This document shows, piece after piece, positions 23,955 through 36,800 of a stretch of DNA of 64,000 nt. How positions within the stretch are numbered: position 1 is the first letter of the stretch; every line of letters begins with the position of its first letter. Position numbers and translations under genes: made by a program. Location: NCBI GenBank assembly GCA_965235115.1, contig OZ249440.1, forward strand, positions 34,660,001-34,724,000, given 5' to 3'. This DNA comes from Laetmonice hystrix (lineage: Eukaryota). The notes under the pieces are model-generated. The model saw nothing but the letters and a program-made list of their open reading frames with translations, made no database searches and had not been told where the DNA came from.

Positions 23955-26413
23955 TCACACAACACAACTATAACATGTAAATTGGTCGTCATCATCAATG
24001 ATTCCATCGTTTTCCGCACAAGTTTGATAAAACCATCTTTTGCATAGCTGACAACATATCCACCCTTCAGTCGCTTTAGGGTCATTTCCATCTGCATAAC
24101 ACCAGTTACATCGCGGGCACGGTGAGGATTCAGCTTGGGCCTTTTTCTTTAGTTTCTTTGACGGGACCTGTCGTGCCTTATTGCAACCTTTTCGCTGTTG
24201 GGCGGGCAGTTCTATAGCCAGATGCTGACCAAGGTGAGCCGTCACTTCACCAGGTTGATGTTGGGGTTCAAGTTCGTCATTTTTGTCTTCATTTGGTGTT
24301 TGCTCCGCCACGACCATGGACCATGGACTCGCTAGGTGTCGTAATGTGGGGAGGTGGTGCATTGTATGCTGCACCAACTGATGGACCTGCAATCCCGACA
24401 TTCTGGATGTGACATTTGACCGAAGTCAGTGCATTTGTATAGAATTTCAATGAGATGGTCCCATCACTGTTTGGCTGCACGGGGAGTGTGTATTTATTGT
24501 CCCTCTAAATGGCTTCAAACCATCCCAGAGCGTATCCACCCCAAGGTCTTGGCATCTGTCAATGATCTCTTCTTCTGACATCAGTATTATGTTAATGTTA
24601 CTTTCTGACGACTGGAAGGTGGCGGCGAAGCTTGCTGCACTGTAGCCTACGTAGTAAGCCTTGCACCAGGCCAGCAAGGCTTACGGACAGTCAATGTTAA
24701 TTCCTGGCGGGTCTACTAGGCCCTATTACACACCTGCCACACCACCACCGCTTGCACTGATCAACTCACCGGCATCCATTTATCTCGACAGTAGGTGTGA
24801 CGAGTCCTGGAGCAGTGTTTCTAATAGTACGTCTAATTTAAAATTCATGTCAGATTATCGTTCTACCGGCCGCCATGTTACCGTTGATATCCCAGCATGC
24901 ATCTCCCCGCTCGGAAATCCTGAACAGCGACCTTCGGCGCTGTACAGAGCACAGAGCCGAATTCTTTGGCTAGCTGCACTGTTGACCAATGCTGTCCTGG
25001 CCATTACCAATCGGTGAACAATCCTTTTGACATTACCTCCGATGCCGTCATTTGGTCCTTTCCCGCTTCTAGTTTGGATGTGAGCACAAATACATATCTA
25101 TTTTTATATTGGCTAGACGGTCCATCGGACCAGATCTGGACGGATTTTACAGTGGGAAGATTCTCTGCAATGATCCCAAGAATATGGGTTGTGAAGGCAG
25201 CGATGGCTCTTTTATCGTGTTCCAGGAAATCCCTTACGATGACGTACAATAATGTTTGCAGACAGTGGTAGATCATGATCGTGTAAACTGTCACCTGCCG
25301 TTGCCGCCAGTGTGCAGACTGAATTTCATCCTGCCATGTGCAAGTAAAGTTTTCAGAGAAATCCATTTGTAGCAAGCATATGTCACTGTCCCCTTCTTTT
25401 GAGGCGGATTTTATTTCCTCATACGACCTAGCCTGGTTATCCTTGACAAATGAATGCGAAAAGAACTTTGGCAGTTGAGCTGCGAGGTTGACAAAGGCTT
25501 CAAAATGTAGAACCATCTACCTGCGCCTTCTGTAAGTAATTATCCCCGTCCTGTATCCATTGGTACCATTTGAAGGTACCATCTTCCTGGACTTTGTCTT
25601 TGAACCTTTTCTTGAAAAGCTGACCATCAGAGCATCTGTCACAGTTGTTTGCCATGCATTTTTCGTCGCTCACGTCACATACGCACTTCCCTGTAAAGCT
25701 TTCCTTCGAGTATAGGGGCACGACATCAGGATACTTTTTGTGGAGGGCTTAAAGTAGCAAGATTACATTGCTATGATATTACAGCCACATACGTTATGTG
25801 GCATTTGTGATGACAGTAGCACCCACTTTGGGCGGAGCATCGCGAATTTAGATTTGCCAATCTCGCAATCAAGATTTTCCTCTTTGAAACTATGGTATGT
25901 TTCTGCAAGTGTCATCACCATATGTCTCTTCTGCATCCTTATCTTTTTGTTATCATCATCTCTAACTGTGACGTAATCCGCTTTTCCTGGCATCATTCTT
26001 GAGACTGAATCGTTTTCATAAAACCATCACTCTAAAGCCATCACGACATGTGCATCTAAAATTCCACATGCCAGTGTCCTCACTATCGCCATCCTTTTTC
26101 GAGGTCTTTGGGGGAATGCCTTCAATACTCGTGATTTCGCTTTGCCCAAGGATGCAGGTGTAGGGTATATTTCTCCAGGTTGTGGTGCTATCATGTCCCG
26201 ATCTTCAGGGATAGCTTCCTGGGCCTTGGCCCTGTACTTACGTACTGCAAGGCGACCTTGCTTTCGGAAGTTACTGAGTTCAGCTGGAGTCAACCCTTCT
26301 CTGATGTTCTTCTTCCGCTCCCTGTCTTGCCTTTTGTATCACTCATATTTCCTTTCATTCTGTTTTAACCGTTGCCGTCTGTCTCGTTGCCTCTCGGCTG
26401 CAGTTTTTACCAT
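23955..26413 (-). pseudogene. Sola2-like DDD transposase relic (frameshifted) with downstream PHD finger
   Basis: MDFSENF..QDEIQSAHW..QVTVY, WSDGPSSQYKNR, GKGPNDGIGGNVKR; PHD-like CPRC..WICCQLCKRWFYQTC..FTCYSC at 23955-24130. Confidence 0.75.
24643..24972. mobile_element. 330-bp MITE with 9-bp TSD (AcademH/MULE-type)
   Basis: TAGCC...GGCTA termini; TSD GCTGCACTG (24634-24642, 24973-24981); removing it restores ..ARTALVNSAASFAATF.. in the transposase. Confidence 0.85.
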
Positions 26414-27403
26414 GGTGCCTGAGGGTAAACAGAACAACATAGGCCAACGTTACATATAATTTAACTCTATCAAAAGTGACACCAAACTAGGCCTTGGCCT
26501 TGGCCCTAGGCCTAGACCTACATGTTAGAAATAATTTTCATTCGAGGCGGGTCGTTTCAATAGCACATAGGCCTAAGTATAGCCTAGTGTTACCTTCGGG
26601 GGCCAACAAGACCTATTCATGTCCGACTGCGTAGGCCTAGGTCTACTCGGAAATTACCGACATGTTGTTGCATGCAAAATCGTGACCGAATAACAGGACA
26701 TGTAGTTCCGTCACACAACAAATTATAATTCCGTCACGCACTTTATTTTATAGGAGGGGGCACAAATATATGTAGTTTTGCCATTTTATGGATAACAATG
26801 TAATTCTTAAAGAGAAAACCAAAAATTAGATTAGTATCACCACTCTACTCAATGCCACATAAATTATACCAAATATATCGTGACGGAATTACATGACCTT
26901 ACTGAAGAATGTATAGAATTTTTCAAATGGCCACTGTGCCAAACTCCCAGAAGTTACGCCTTTGACCTTTTGGAATTATTGATCTAAAACTATTCATGAT
27001 TAAAATGAAGTATAACATACCAGGTGCACGCTATGATTTTCCCATTTACGTCCACTACAAATATGGCCAAAAACTACCTTCTTCGAGCTTCTTGCAAGAC
27101 GACGGTGACGTCAAAATATATGGCGTCATAAATGACGTAGGAAGCGCTAAAATAGGGATTCTTGAGCAAACATGAAACGGAGCATTTTCCAACGAAAAGA
27201 ATGATATATGACACAATGGGTATTTAAGACATTTAAAAATTGCCCCTCATGTCCCGATTCCCGTGGAATTCATGTTAGGCGCAGCTAGGGTCCCCCAAGT
27301 ACTCTTTAGAAGTAGCCTGTGTTTTCATCTGCCATCAGAGATTCTATCAGTAATGCAAGTGTCAGTTTCTTTTAAAAGTTTGAAAAAGTCATGGGGGAGG
27401 GCA

Positions 27404-27984
27404 AGTAGTATATAAAAGGACAGTTCTGCAACAGGAAGCGGATCCACCGGAAGCAGATCCGGTAGGATCCGGGCGGATCCTTTATGACGTCACTGTTGCT
27501 AGGCAACGTTGAAGTATGGACTCGATTGCGACGTCATCACGGATCCGATAGGAGCCAACCGGAAGCGGATCCTGATAGGAGCCATAGGAGCCGATAGGAT
27601 CCTTTATGACATCACTGTTGCTAGGCAACGTTGACGTATGGACTCGATTGTGACGTCACCACCCTTTGTTGACGTTGTTGAGGGAGTGGGAGCATTCAAT
27701 CCTTTATGACGTCACTGTTGCTAGGCAATGCATGTATACAATAGTGTGATGTAAACAAACAGTAGACATGGTAATGGATCCAATGGATCCATTATTATCG
27801 GCGGCGGTCGGCGGCAGTCGGCGGCGGTCGGTGGCGGGCTGCGGCGGCAAGGCGGTGCGTTGGGGCGCGACAGCGTGATCGGTTCGGGTGGGGCTTGTAT
27901 TTCTTTAAACTATAGTAACCACGGTCCCGATTGTGACGTCACAAGTAGAAACGATCGTGGCAGGACTGGTGTCTTTATGACGTC
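27404..27984 (+). repeat. Polinton left TIR
   Basis: Reverse-complement match to 46598-47074; outer part near-identical, inner part diverged; has an extra internal repeat unit. Confidence 0.9.
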
Positions 27985-28151
27985 ACAAGTAGAAATGACA
28001 AATGACAGCGGCCAATGCACCATGACATCGTTATGGTAACCCTTCGTGTTTATAGTGTTGCGACATGTTTCATGGGTGTATTATTATCAGATACAAGTTT
28101 AAATGTTAACTGACCCCCGAACAGTCAAGACGTGTATGCCCATGTGAGTCA

Positions 28152-28751
28152 ATGCCAGGAACACAGAATATGAAAGTCTACCAGTGGCGTTATATGCTGA
28201 TCGTCAGCGAAGAGAGATGCTATGAATTAAGTCGATCGCTAAGATGGTTCATCAGTCAAAGGGCTGCTGTAAGTAATGCTGAAAATCACGGCCCTCCTGG
28301 GTATATGACATGGGATGGTCCCGACGCACCATATCATCGACTACTAATCGAGTCTCTCTTTCTACCTGAATTTCAACCAGATCAAATTTGTTTCCATCTA
28401 TCTCTTTATATGATAGAAAGGGAAATTAAGGATATTATACGGGACCTCTGCAATGGCTGCCGCACAAATTCTACTCACAATGCACATCACATGGGGTTAG
28501 GGTGTCAAGGTATGTGGGACGAGCAAGTTGATGCCTATTTTACGATGGCCATTCAGCAAATAACTCAAGATAAAGTAGAGAAAATTTATGACATCCTCTG
28601 CCGGGAACTTCATATTCAACCCCATGATACCATGTTATTATCTGAAATGAAAGAGGATTTAAAGAAGATTGAAATACCTCAACAGTGGCGCATCCAGTTC
28701 GCATGCTTTGTTGGTGAGAAGATCCCCAACATTTCCAATAACGGCTTTTGA
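28152..28751 (+). CDS. Polinton accessory ORF of unknown function (Cys/His motif)
   Basis: Open 199-aa frame just inside the TIR with LCNGC..HNAHHMGLGC motif; true start uncertain. Confidence 0.55.
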   Translation: MPGTQNMKVYQWRYMLIVSEERCYELSRSLRWFISQRAAVSNAENHGPPGYMTWDGPDAPYHRLLIESLFLPEFQPDQICFHLSLYMIEREIKDIIRDLCNGCRTNSTHNAHHMGLGCQGMWDEQVDAYFTMAIQQITQDKVEKIYDILCRELHIQPHDTMLLSEMKEDLKKIEIPQQWRIQFACFVGEKIPNISNNGF

Positions 28752-29012
28752 CACCCACATTTATGACAAGGTATGACATCATCTACCTTGAAGGTTTCCC
28801 ACTTGTTTTTTAACCATGACAACCACATACACCATTGGTTCTACATGACGTCATCACGATCTGTCTCAGCATGACGGTTCCCACTTGTTTTTAAACCATG
28901 ACAACCGCATACACAATTATTAATCACGCGCTTCCATATGACATCACACCCATACAATCTTAACAGTCACTATTCACTTTGAACCAAATACTCGCTGAGG
29001 ATAGACGTGAAT

Positions 29013-29941
29013 ATGGAGGCCAAGAAGTTTTTTACTTCCCACAAGACACAACTGCTGGCAAAACTCAATGCAGTAGCCATCGTGAATGCTCTACGGGGTG
29101 AAAACATTCTCACAGAGGAGCAGAGTGCAGCCATTCAAGTGCAGACGACTCGTAGACTACAAGTGGCGGAATTCATCAAAGTTATGAAAGCCAATCCAGC
29201 CATGTTTGCTGCATTTCAAAGAATCTTAGCCACGACTCAGAAGGAACTGCATGAAGAACTCTTCCCGGCCCCATGTTTGGATGGTGCCGGAGACGGGATG
29301 GAGCAAGCCACACCAGACCTGCGTTTTCAGAGTGATCTAGGCCGGGATAGAAGAGTGAATGTGAAACTGTGGAACGGTGAGCCAAGAGTGGACATCCGCC
29401 AATACGAGGTGAATATATCAATATGTCATAGTAATTCTTGCTTTAAATCATGGATACTAAAGTGGGTGAGTACACAATGTACAGTATTTCTAAGACAAGA
29501 TTCTTGCTTCAGATCAGGGATGACGGGACGTGGATACCGACTAAAATGGGCATCAGCCTTACTGTGAGCCGCTTCAGAGAACTACTCGGGGCCATGGATA
29601 GTGTGGATCGCTCTCTCAAGATGATCAACAAGGGGGAAGAGAAGAACAACTACATGATGCATCTCGGTGGAAATGTCTACGTGTCTACCCATCCCCAGTA
29701 TCCCTGTGTCAGTCTGAGGAAGTTTTGGATTCCACCTGGTGAAACTGAACTGAAACCTACCAAGAAAGGTATAGCGCTACGCCTGAAGGAGTGGGACTTG
29801 CTCAAAAACGCCATACCGGATATACAGACGGTACTACCAGAACTACACACTGAGATTCCGTGCTACATGCGAGAGGATCACTTTAACCAGATGGGAGCGT
29901 TTGCATGCCCTGAATGTCATCCTAATTTTATCATGCCGTAA
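29013..29941 (+). CDS. Spliced CARD-like + tandem PC4-like ssDNA-binding protein; exons 29013-29408 and 29513-29941
   Basis: Phase-0 GT-AG intron 29409-29512 joins VDIRQYE|IRDDGTWIPTKMGISL (PC4 signature); second PC4 repeat VSLRKFW..PTKKGIALRLKEW; N-terminal ~85 aa follow a CARD-like helical pattern; C-terminal C..H..CPEC. Confidence 0.85.
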
Positions 29942-30092
29942 TGCTTAATAACACTCTAGACTCTGCTGCTGTATGACAAAGTTTCATAGTTGATGGCGCA
30001 TGATGGACATAATATCGGTTGTCTTTTGATAATCATTTTGACGTTGTATAGTTGATAATAAAGTTGTCAGACATGTTGTAACATATTGCTTT

Positions 30093-30573
30093 TTATTGAA
30101 ACATTGGGTATACAAGGAAGGGAGGGTTTACATGGTAACGATTCGCAATGAATTCATATACGAATATATCACTATCTATTGCATTATCAGGAAACGTGTT
30201 CACGATCTTATTTAACGTAAAACCTTGACAACGGTGTAGCGTGTAAAACACACAATATTGTCCACAAACGGTAGTTTGCGAACTTTGTAATCGTTTCGTG
30301 TTATATGTCCAGTCTAGGGAATGTCTTTCTATAAATCTTCCCAAGTGATCATCTGCTGACGGGCTCTGTCCATAAGAATCAAAGTATTCCCCATAACCGT
30401 TCGCATCGAAATAGATAGCCACCCAGTGCTGCCCCTCTTCTGTGTGAGGCTCGGTGTTGCAGACATAGGCCGATGTCGGTCTTGGGTAGCATATCACAAG
30501 CAAATACTCCTCTGAACACGTTAGTCGTGTGAGGATCTCCATTTAAAATGATATGGAGTTGCACGCTGTCCAT
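30093..30573 (-). pseudogene. Adenain-type (Polinton PRO) cysteine maturation protease, one frameshift near 30483
   Basis: FRGVFACDMLP, then after the shift VCNTEP..GQHWVAIY..EYFDSYG..LQS..VCGQYC (H, D, Q, C catalytic residues). Confidence 0.9.
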
Positions 30574-30575
30574 AC

Positions 30576-31880
30576 TTAAGCGCTGTAGTCGAAGATGACG
30601 TTGCGGTTTCTATCCACCTCAATCACGTTCTCAAATTCGGCATAGGCAACGACGTTAATCGTGTTGAGGAGGGGTTCCCCAAAGTGAATCTCCAGTCGCA
30701 AGTTTCCCTGTTTCGTCAGGTTAAAATGACTACCGACTTCACACAGATCAGGTGTCGGGTCGAATGCAAACAAAGTGTAGCCCTGACCGTAATCTTTTCT
30801 ACTCACGTTGTTCCCCTCATCCTGACACATCTGCCCAGTTGCGGTAAATAGTGTGGAGTAACAATGTATATAATTTTCTTGATCGAAATTGGGCTGCAGT
30901 GGCTTGGCTGGAACCTGCTGACCATCGATATAGATTGCTAGAAAGTTGATGTTGTAATGTTTGAAATGGAAAGGATTCTTGACATAGGAACCGTTATAGG
31001 CATCCGAATCCACACATCCAACGATGACTCTTTTCGGTAGCTGGCCCAGAAATAGATTTTCTTGATTGATCGTTAAATTTCCCCGTGGAACAGAGAACAC
31101 TTTAACATCCACCCGTCGTATGGGATATTTCGCCGTACCTTTCTGTAGACATTTGATGTGTGCCGATTGTACAGTGGCACTGAGTTTCACTTTTCTCACA
31201 AACAAGGTGGCATCAACGATCACAGCTCTATAATTCGGATTCGCACCATCGGCCACCAACGCAAAACTGTCTTTGTTCCGTACCATTCTGATTTTTATAT
31301 CCACATTATTCAAAAGGTAACGGTCTTGATAGAAGAGATCCAGGTGGAGTTTACCCATCATCTCTACTTCACGACTTCCTTGAGTCAATGTTTTGCGTGC
31401 GGTTGCCCCCACATTGTTCTCAATACTATCCATATGGTCAGACGTGTCCTTATACCACAGGGCCGTTGTGAGGTGTGAATTTTTAGCCGCCGGTCCATAA
31501 CTCAAGAGAGTTTCCAGGTATGCTCGATAGGGGTATGTGTTGCTCGATGGTGAAATCAATTTCTCATTCAAACTCATATCCACTTGACTGAAGAGGGAAT
31601 GGAGCCACAAGTTCACCGGGGCCACCGAGTCAGCTGCTACCAGATTGGCATTACCATTGAGTACTTTAGCTTTCACGTAAACATAGGTGTTTGCCAAATC
31701 TAAGTAATCGTCCCCCGACCCAGATATGGTAAACTCGATGGGTCCACTTTCGGTGATGGTGGCAATGGGATTGTGTTCGATCCACTGTCCATGGTCTATG
31801 CTGGTCTGTGTAGGAGGAATGCTAAAGAGGTCCAATTCTGATTTCATGCATTCACAAGACTGCCAGTGGACGAAGGCCAT
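30576..31880 (-). CDS. Polinton major capsid protein (PY, double jelly-roll), intact 434 aa
   Basis: KSELDLFSIPPTQTSI, YLDLANT, LHSLFSQVD, YPYRAYLETLLSY, AKYPIRRV, LFLGQLPKR, GYTLFAFD.TPD, YAEFEN motifs. Confidence 0.95.
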   Translation of the reverse strand: MAFVHWQSCECMKSELDLFSIPPTQTSIDHGQWIEHNPIATITESGPIEFTISGSGDDYLDLANTYVYVKAKVLNGNANLVAADSVAPVNLWLHSLFSQVDMSLNEKLISPSSNTYPYRAYLETLLSYGPAAKNSHLTTALWYKDTSDHMDSIENNVGATARKTLTQGSREVEMMGKLHLDLFYQDRYLLNNVDIKIRMVRNKDSFALVADGANPNYRAVIVDATLFVRKVKLSATVQSAHIKCLQKGTAKYPIRRVDVKVFSVPRGNLTINQENLFLGQLPKRVIVGCVDSDAYNGSYVKNPFHFKHYNINFLAIYIDGQQVPAKPLQPNFDQENYIHCYSTLFTATGQMCQDEGNNVSRKDYGQGYTLFAFDPTPDLCEVGSHFNLTKQGNLRLEIHFGEPLLNTINVVAYAEFENVIEVDRNRNVIFDYSA

Positions 31881-31882
31881 GG

Positions 31883-31994
31883 TTAAGCTGCGAATATATC
31901 GTTATGTTTAGGTTTCTTCCTCTGACGGGAACTGACTCCTTTTCTGGGTGCAGTCCTTTTTATACCCCTCCTCCTCCTCCTCCTCCTCCTCCTC
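31883..31994 (-). pseudogene. C-terminal basic tail of a Polinton core-like protein (PZ)
   Basis: RRRRRRRRRGIKRTAPRKGVSSRQRKKPKHNDIFAA* stops 2 nt before the capsid ATG; upstream part deleted. Confidence 0.6.
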
Positions 31995-32827
<833 letters not shown>

Positions 32828-33192
32828 CTTTAGCTACGATTTTTTTTTTTGGACGAGGTGTCATTTTCCCCATAGGATCCCATAGTAAAGCTGGTCCTTA
32901 TCGGTATGATGCCATGGCAATTTCAAAGTGGGATAGTTCCAAAATTAGGTCGCTGACCTATATATAGAATGTGGTTAGTTTGAAGTGTTTATTAATATGA
33001 ATAAAAAAAAATAAAAAAAAGTTTAAATAAAATGATTTTACCCCGGCGAGTCTCCTTAAAGCGGATACGGTCTTTGTCTTACTGATTACATGGGATGAAT
33101 AAAACCGGTATATATACATTTCAAGGTTTATTACATAGCCGTGGCGTCAGCCACCAAAGGTGCACACATCAGTTTTTGACCATCGTTCAACA

Positions 33193-33478
33193 CAGGTCAT
33201 CGTCATATAACAAGATTCTAACAGGTTATCGTCATATAACAGGATTCTAACAGGTTATCGTCATATAACAGGATTCTAACAGGTTATCGTCATATAACAG
33301 GATTCTAACAGGTTATCGTCATATAACAGGATTCTAACAGGTTATCGTCATATAACAGGATTCTAACAGGTTATCGTCATATAACAGGATTCTAACAGGT
33401 TATCGTCATATAACAGGATTCTAACAGGTTATCGTCATATAACAGGATTCTAACAGGTTATCATCATATAACAGGATA
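33193..33478. repeat. 29-bp minisatellite, ~10 copies (CAGGTTATCGTCATATAACAGGATTCTAA)
   Basis: Head-to-tail copies starting 33222, 33251, 33280 etc.; no spacers. Confidence 0.95.
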
Positions 33479-33860
33479 TCTTCCAACACAGGGTCTAGTC
33501 ATACCATCGTCCAACAGGTTATGTCATACAATAGGATATCTTCCAACACAGGGTCTAGTCATACCATCATCATTTAAGATGATGCTATCTCCCAACAAGT
33601 TATCATCATAAAGATCAACAGGTTATCATCACAACAACAACAACAACAAAAAAGAAGAAGATGGCCATCTTCAAACACAGGTTATCATCATAAAGATGAT
33701 GCTACCTTCAAACTTATCATCATACAGATGATGCTATCTCCCACCACATGTTATCATCATAAAGATGATGCTACCTTCAAACACATGTTATCATAATACA
33801 GATGATGCTATCTCACACCACGGGTTATCATCATAAAGATGATGCTATCTCCCACCACAT

Positions 33861-36800
33861 TGTTGTGGGCACGCCCCCCCCCCCGGCCCATCTATATTAA
33901 TGTCTTTTATTAGTATATTAATTGTTCATTGTATTTTAATCATGTATTTTATGTATTGTATTATTGTAGATCTATATCAATTGTATATCAGCCAATTATT
34001 ATATTGTAATGTATATATTAACGGTAGTATTTAGAGTGTGTGTATGATGGAAACCTATACTGGCCTCCTCCATGTATTCCGGTAAGTCGAGTATCGAGGA
34101 TGTGGGAGAAGAGGGAGCGGTGAACGGGAAGTATCGGATAGGCTGGCATGAGTTGACACGCAATAGCCGTCCCGTTCCCCTGGTCACTTGCCGGGAGGTC
34201 CTACAGCCAACTGGGGGTCATGACCGACCCCCGAAGCGCTGGCCTCCTGGCGATAGGAAGTGCCAGACGGATCCTGCGGGGAGGAGTCGCGTTGTGGTCA
34301 GGCCGCTTACCCGGATGCTTCCCGTATATCCTGCGTCTCTCCGGGGTCATAGCCAGGCACTGGCGCGCAGACGAACGGCTTTGGCCTGCGGGGGGTGACG
34401 TAAGGGTATACCCATCCCCACAGTAGGCCCGGGTGTCCGGCTGGTTGGCAGTGATTGACAGCTGCCAGTATGGGCGCGGCTGGGATCGAAGGACCGGATG
34501 GAGGAGGACCAATAAATAGGAGACCCATCATGTAGTAAAGTTAGACTTCATATAGATTTTCATAGAGTTTTTCATAGAGTTTTCATAGAGATTTGGTCGG
34601 ATCAGTTCTGAGCTCCGCTCAGTTCTGAGAAGATTTCATGAAGAGATTAGATTTGGATTTCAATTCGGATCAGTCCTGAGTTCAGCTCAGTTCTGAGTTG
34701 GATAGTTAGTACAGAGAGTTGGTAGGCGAGAGTCTGAGGATGCGCTTGTAGTTGAAGATTCGAGAATACAACCATCACCGAAAACCAACTCGTTTATGTT
34801 GTAATTTGGGGGACCGCAACATAATTTGGCGTCTCCGATGGGACAGCACGATTTGAGGGTTGGTTAGCGGCGCTGCAGTGTGGGTTACCACGCTCTGCTA
34901 ATTGGCCTGATCTTCCGTTGCCGTCCAGTACACGGACCCTACAACATGGAAGGTACGTAGGCAATTTCGGCAGCAGATTACACACGGTCTACATCCCAGA
35001 AGCGGACATGGAAAGACCGCGGTTGCAGGAGGCTGTCGGCGTGAAACTGATAGTAGTTTTTGTGCAAGGTAAGGAACTACTGGTTTTCCACACCCCTGCA
35101 ATCTTGCGGTGATTGCAGGAGACAGTTACATGATGGAAGTGTGGGGAACGTCCGGTTCAAGGTGGAGGAACGGTAGGGAAGGACCGCTCGGGTGTGGAAC
35201 CCCGACCTACATTACGGTTCAGCCAGATGAAGAATGGATTTCGCAGGATATAGCGTTGTTTATTGGATGTGTGGGCGTCGCTGGCGCTTAAACATGGCGA
35301 CGGAGTTGGTGAGGGCGATGGTGCCGCCGAGGGCGAAGGTTCCGCCGAGGGCGAAGGTTTCGCCGAGGTCGATGGTGCCGCCGAGGGCGATGGTGCCGCC
35401 GAGGGCGAAGGTTCCGCCGAGGGTGAAGGTTCCGCCGAGGGCGAAGGTTCCACCGAGGGCGAAGGTTCCGCCGAGGGCGATGGTGCTGCCGAGGGCGAAG
35501 GTTCCGCCGAGGGCGAAGGTTCCGCCAAGGGCGATGGTGCCGCCGAGGGCGATGGTGCCGCCGAGGACAGATTGAGACGGTAGCCACGGGCTACGCTCAG
35601 CAGCGGGACCACTACCGGCAGGCACGGCTGCATCTGCAGGACAGCCGGCTGTCGAATTATGTGGTGGCCCGGGAACCGCATCGGGAGGTATTGGGACAAG
35701 AACGGACGGATGGTGGCGTCAGCGGACATCTGGGCAGGACAGGAGGAGCCGTTTCACCTGTGGCGATTGGCAGCCTACCCGGTGGCTAGGTCTGGGGCTC
35801 TGATCAAGCTCCAGGTTCGCCCCTCGTGGCAGTCAACGCTAGGAAGTCTGAAGCTTGCGCGGGGCATTTCTGTGGAGAGACGGCCACTGCCCCGGCTCAG
35901 ACCCGGAGAAACTGACGTTACTTGGTGTGGAGGTGTGGCGGCTGTCCAGTGAATGCCAGTTGGAGTGGGACAGCCCCCGCACCTCAATTGTTAAGTCCCG
36001 AGCCTCGCAGGTCATGTATAAATATCACGAACAACTCTTTATTACGTCTAATGTGGCTTTGCTGCCCTGGTCGCGGCATATCGTTAGGCGCCTGCCGGAA
36101 CGTTGCGCCATTGTGGGAGGACGATTACCGAATGATCCGCTCCCACCACACGTTCTGCCGGCAGCAATCGAGTGAGATCGAGACCTGGCCTCAATCTTTA
36201 AGGGGGGGGGGAGGAATGTTGTGGGCACGGCCCCCCCGGCCCATCTATATTAATGTCTTTTATTAGTATATTAATTGTTCATTGTATTTTAATCATGTAT
36301 TTTATGTATTGTATTATTGTAGATCTATATCAATTGTATATCAGCCAATTATTATATTGTAATGTATATATTAACGGTAGTATTTAGAGTGTGTGTATGA
36401 TGGAAACCTATACTGGCCTCCTCCATGTATTCCGGTAAGTCGAGTATCGAGGATGTGGGAGAAGAGGGAGCGGCGAACGGGAAGTATCGGATAGGCTGGC
36501 ATGAGTTGACACGCAATAGCCGTCCCGTTCCCCTGGTCACTTGCCGGGAGGTCCTACAGCCAACTGGGGGTCATGACCGACCCCCGAAGCGCTGGCCTCC
36601 TGGCGATAGGAAGTGCCAGACGGATCCTGCGGGGAGAAGTCACGTTGTGGTCAGGCCGCTTACCCGGTTACTTCCCGTATATCCTGCGTCTCTCCGGGGT
36701 CATAGCCGGGCACTGGCGCGCAGACGAACGGCTTTGGCCTGCGGGGGGTGACGTAAGGGTATACCCATCCCCACAGTAGGCCCGGGTGTCCGGCTGGTTG

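Larger units (their letters stand above)
18850..27274 (-). mobile_element. Sola2-like DNA transposon with nested insertions
   Basis: Short inverted termini CATGAATTCCA...TGGAATTCATG; GTGACGGAATTAC repeats near 18863, 23429, 23639-23670, 26706-26735, 26880; internal transposase relic. Boundaries tentative (flanks TTAT/TTAG). Confidence 0.55.

Noticed and set aside
33193..33478. CRISPR-like 29-bp repeats
   Set aside because: Units are head-to-tail with no unique spacers, and the context is eukaryotic; it is a minisatellite.
35157..35729. Pro/Ser- or Gly/Glu-rich ORFs in several frames
   Set aside because: Produced by an 18-bp stop-free tandem repeat; no domain evidence.
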